Below, piece after piece: positions 61,645 through 64,000 of a DNA stretch of 64,000 bases. The notes under the pieces are model-generated. The model ran no database searches. It worked only from the letters and a program-made list of their open reading frames with translations, and had not been told where the DNA came from. The stretch covers positions 1-64,000 of the forward strand of contig NMRA01000769.1 in NCBI GenBank assembly GCA_002633005.1, given 5' to 3'. Position 1 is the stretch's first letter. The number at the start of each line of letters is the position of its first letter. The DNA is from Phoronis australis. Taxonomy: Eukaryota > Animalia > Phoronida. The translations under genes and the position numbers were made by a program.

Positions 61645-64000
61645 CTGAATACAAAGTAAACTATTTGTGTGGTTCGATAACGAGGCGGATACAGAATTTT
61701 GAGCTTTAAGGTAGGGCAGGGCAGATTATTAGCCAGGATTTTATCTGTCAGTCTTTCGCACCCCTGACCTGCCAACTTGAATCTGGGTGAATTTCATGCA
61801 GGCCCCCTTGGCCGCCCTCTGAATCCTTCACTGGACATGCAACAAATTCATGTAACTTTGTCATATGAGGAAAAGAATGCCGATGTACATTCTTATTAGA
61901 CTATCACAATTCATAATTTTATTTAAATCATGTTTGCTGCCATTCAACCCACAATCTGCTATATATGACGAGACATTTGCTCAAATCAGGAGTGGATGCG
62001 CAAATGGACTCACACAACTTGGGTTGGAAATAGTGACGTCCTGGTGAAATACCTTCATGTGGGTTATAAGCTTTGATAAAGCTAACTTGCATGAAAACCA
62101 GTTTTGTGAAATAAGTAGGAAAACAATGCTTGAAAAGTAAATTCAACCGTTGTTTAAAATAGAATGCTGAATACTCCTGGCATACTGAGACAATACACGG
62201 TAGCCTATTTCACGTGACAAATGATCGATTCTTATAAACAACCAGTGAAAATGGCTCGCCTAGGACAGTGATAGGATTGAGGATTTTGTGTTGAAGTGTA
62301 CTCCTACCAATTTACGTGAATTTGTGGCATATGGCTATCTAGAATAGTCCCAGGACAACTAAAGCATATGAATAGAACACTATTTCAAAACATTGCTGTT
62401 AGCCATCATGATATTGAACCGGATTCCACACAATTTGTTCAATCCTATATGCACGCACTCCCTGGTGTAACGCCGCGCTTCCCACATGTACATAAAAGTC
62501 AAAAATGGCGACAGTGGTTTGTGAGAACAAGTTTATTTTGTTTGATATTTGACATAAAGTTCTCATTTTAGCACAGTTTTCAGTTGGCGGTACAACTTTT
62601 ACTAGACATATAAAATCATGCTATCAGATATACAAGTAGAACTATTAAGATCACACACCGTTGCAAATGTGAAACTGTGGCAATCCTCGAATACATGTAG
62701 CGCGAACTGAAGTAATTCTGAAAGACACCTTTAATAGTGTCAAAAACAGCAATTTGAGCTGCACGAGTAAAAGCAGTAATCACTTTAGGATATCGATGGC
62801 AATCACAAATAAAACAATCATTTACATAATAATTGTCAACCCCTTGTGTCTGTCTCCCCTTGTTTCGTACCGCACGTCACTCAGGAGTCTGTATGTTAAA
62901 AATACCCCCGCCAGCATTGCATTATCCAATTACCTCGTTATCCTGTCAGTGTTTGAAACTCTTGTCTTAACTTTAGTCACTACGGTACAATTATCTTCAG
63001 TCTCGTTAATAACTTGAACGAAACAACTTTTCCTTTTTGTTTCTGCACTCCGCCGGTTGTCGGACAAATCCACGCACCCTATGAGGTTGACTTCTACAAG
63101 CGTCCGTAACGTACAAGTACATGTACACTTGCTACTGCGACAATTTCGGTATCGAACGCGAACACAGAAGTTTTCAGAACTTAGGTAGGACAGTTTGTGG
63201 CGCCCCACAAACAAACTATGGCAACAAACAATGCAATAGTCTCTGCTTCGACGGTATTCACAAATTATCGCTATGGAGATGGTGACAGTCTAATGAATTG
63301 AAAGGCTTGAAATCTTACAGGATTTTATGTTATTCGAAAACTGGTCGAAAATGACACTTTTTAATTTTGATTTAAACACCAGGGGGCACCTCATATGAAC
63401 GCGCAGGAATTTATTGTTTTGATACATAAACGTCATCCCACGTGGAACATTGTGGATTTCTCTTGAGCTAGTTGGCGATTCCAACTTAACGTTGTTTATG
63501 CCCTTCACTACTTGAGTGGGCTCACAAAGGTGTACGTGGCGACTTTGTGACCACTTGATGATGCCGCCAAGAAAAATATGATTTATCTAGAAGTTAGGAT
63601 TAGTATTAAAGGACTTTTTACTTTCACCTAGCGTTCTTTTAACTCACGAGGATTTCTTAGATTGAACTCGCAGAGGCTAAAATAAAACCAGAAAATGTTT
63701 TATGTCACAGGTGTCGACAACACTCCACAAAAAACTAATTGTTCATTGATTAAATGTTCGAAGAACTCGTTGTGACCGATATTAAAACATCAACCTATCA
63801 AAATTCACGTAACAATTCCTGATATCCAGGGCCATATCCTTATGACAAAGCGTCACTGGCGGCATGACAGGACAATAAGTGTGCTCACACTACACCAAAT
63901 AATTGACAGACTAACACCTCAGGTCACTTCACAAAATGGCCGATTATAACAAAAAAGTCACGAGGAACAGCTTAAGTGGAATGCGCGAGTGGATGTGCCT

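Noticed and set aside
62014-63013. Small phase-compatible minus-strand candidate exons upstream of MAM1
   Set aside because: They lack the expected CxFE..C..DW MAM start and could be chance splice-like sites, so the 5' end is left unresolved.

Overview
AT-rich, repeat-rich animal genomic DNA with spliceosomal introns, probably from a marine invertebrate (inferred from the gene families and the frequent TACATGTA palindrome). It is not prokaryotic, and most entries in the ORF track are spurious. I reconstructed two convergent multi-exon genes by hand from splice signals and reading-frame phase. (1) + strand, ~6273-41659, 15 coding exons, ~1041 aa: two diverged ZU5(+UPA-like) modules followed by a FAM111-type trypsin-like serine protease with an intact His/Asp/Ser triad. 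Four tandemly duplicated 69-nt phase-1 microexons sit between the catalytic His exon and the catalytic Asp exon. (2) - strand, 51134-61644, 5' end not resolved: a MAM-CCP/Sushi-MAM-EGF-MAM extracellular protein, apparently with two consecutive GC-AG introns. Also present: a 5'-truncated non-LTR retrotransposon remnant with an intact RNase H, MITE-like elements, minisatellites, local segmental duplications and an assembly gap (12844-13652). All gene models are predictions made by eye, without transcript evidence.
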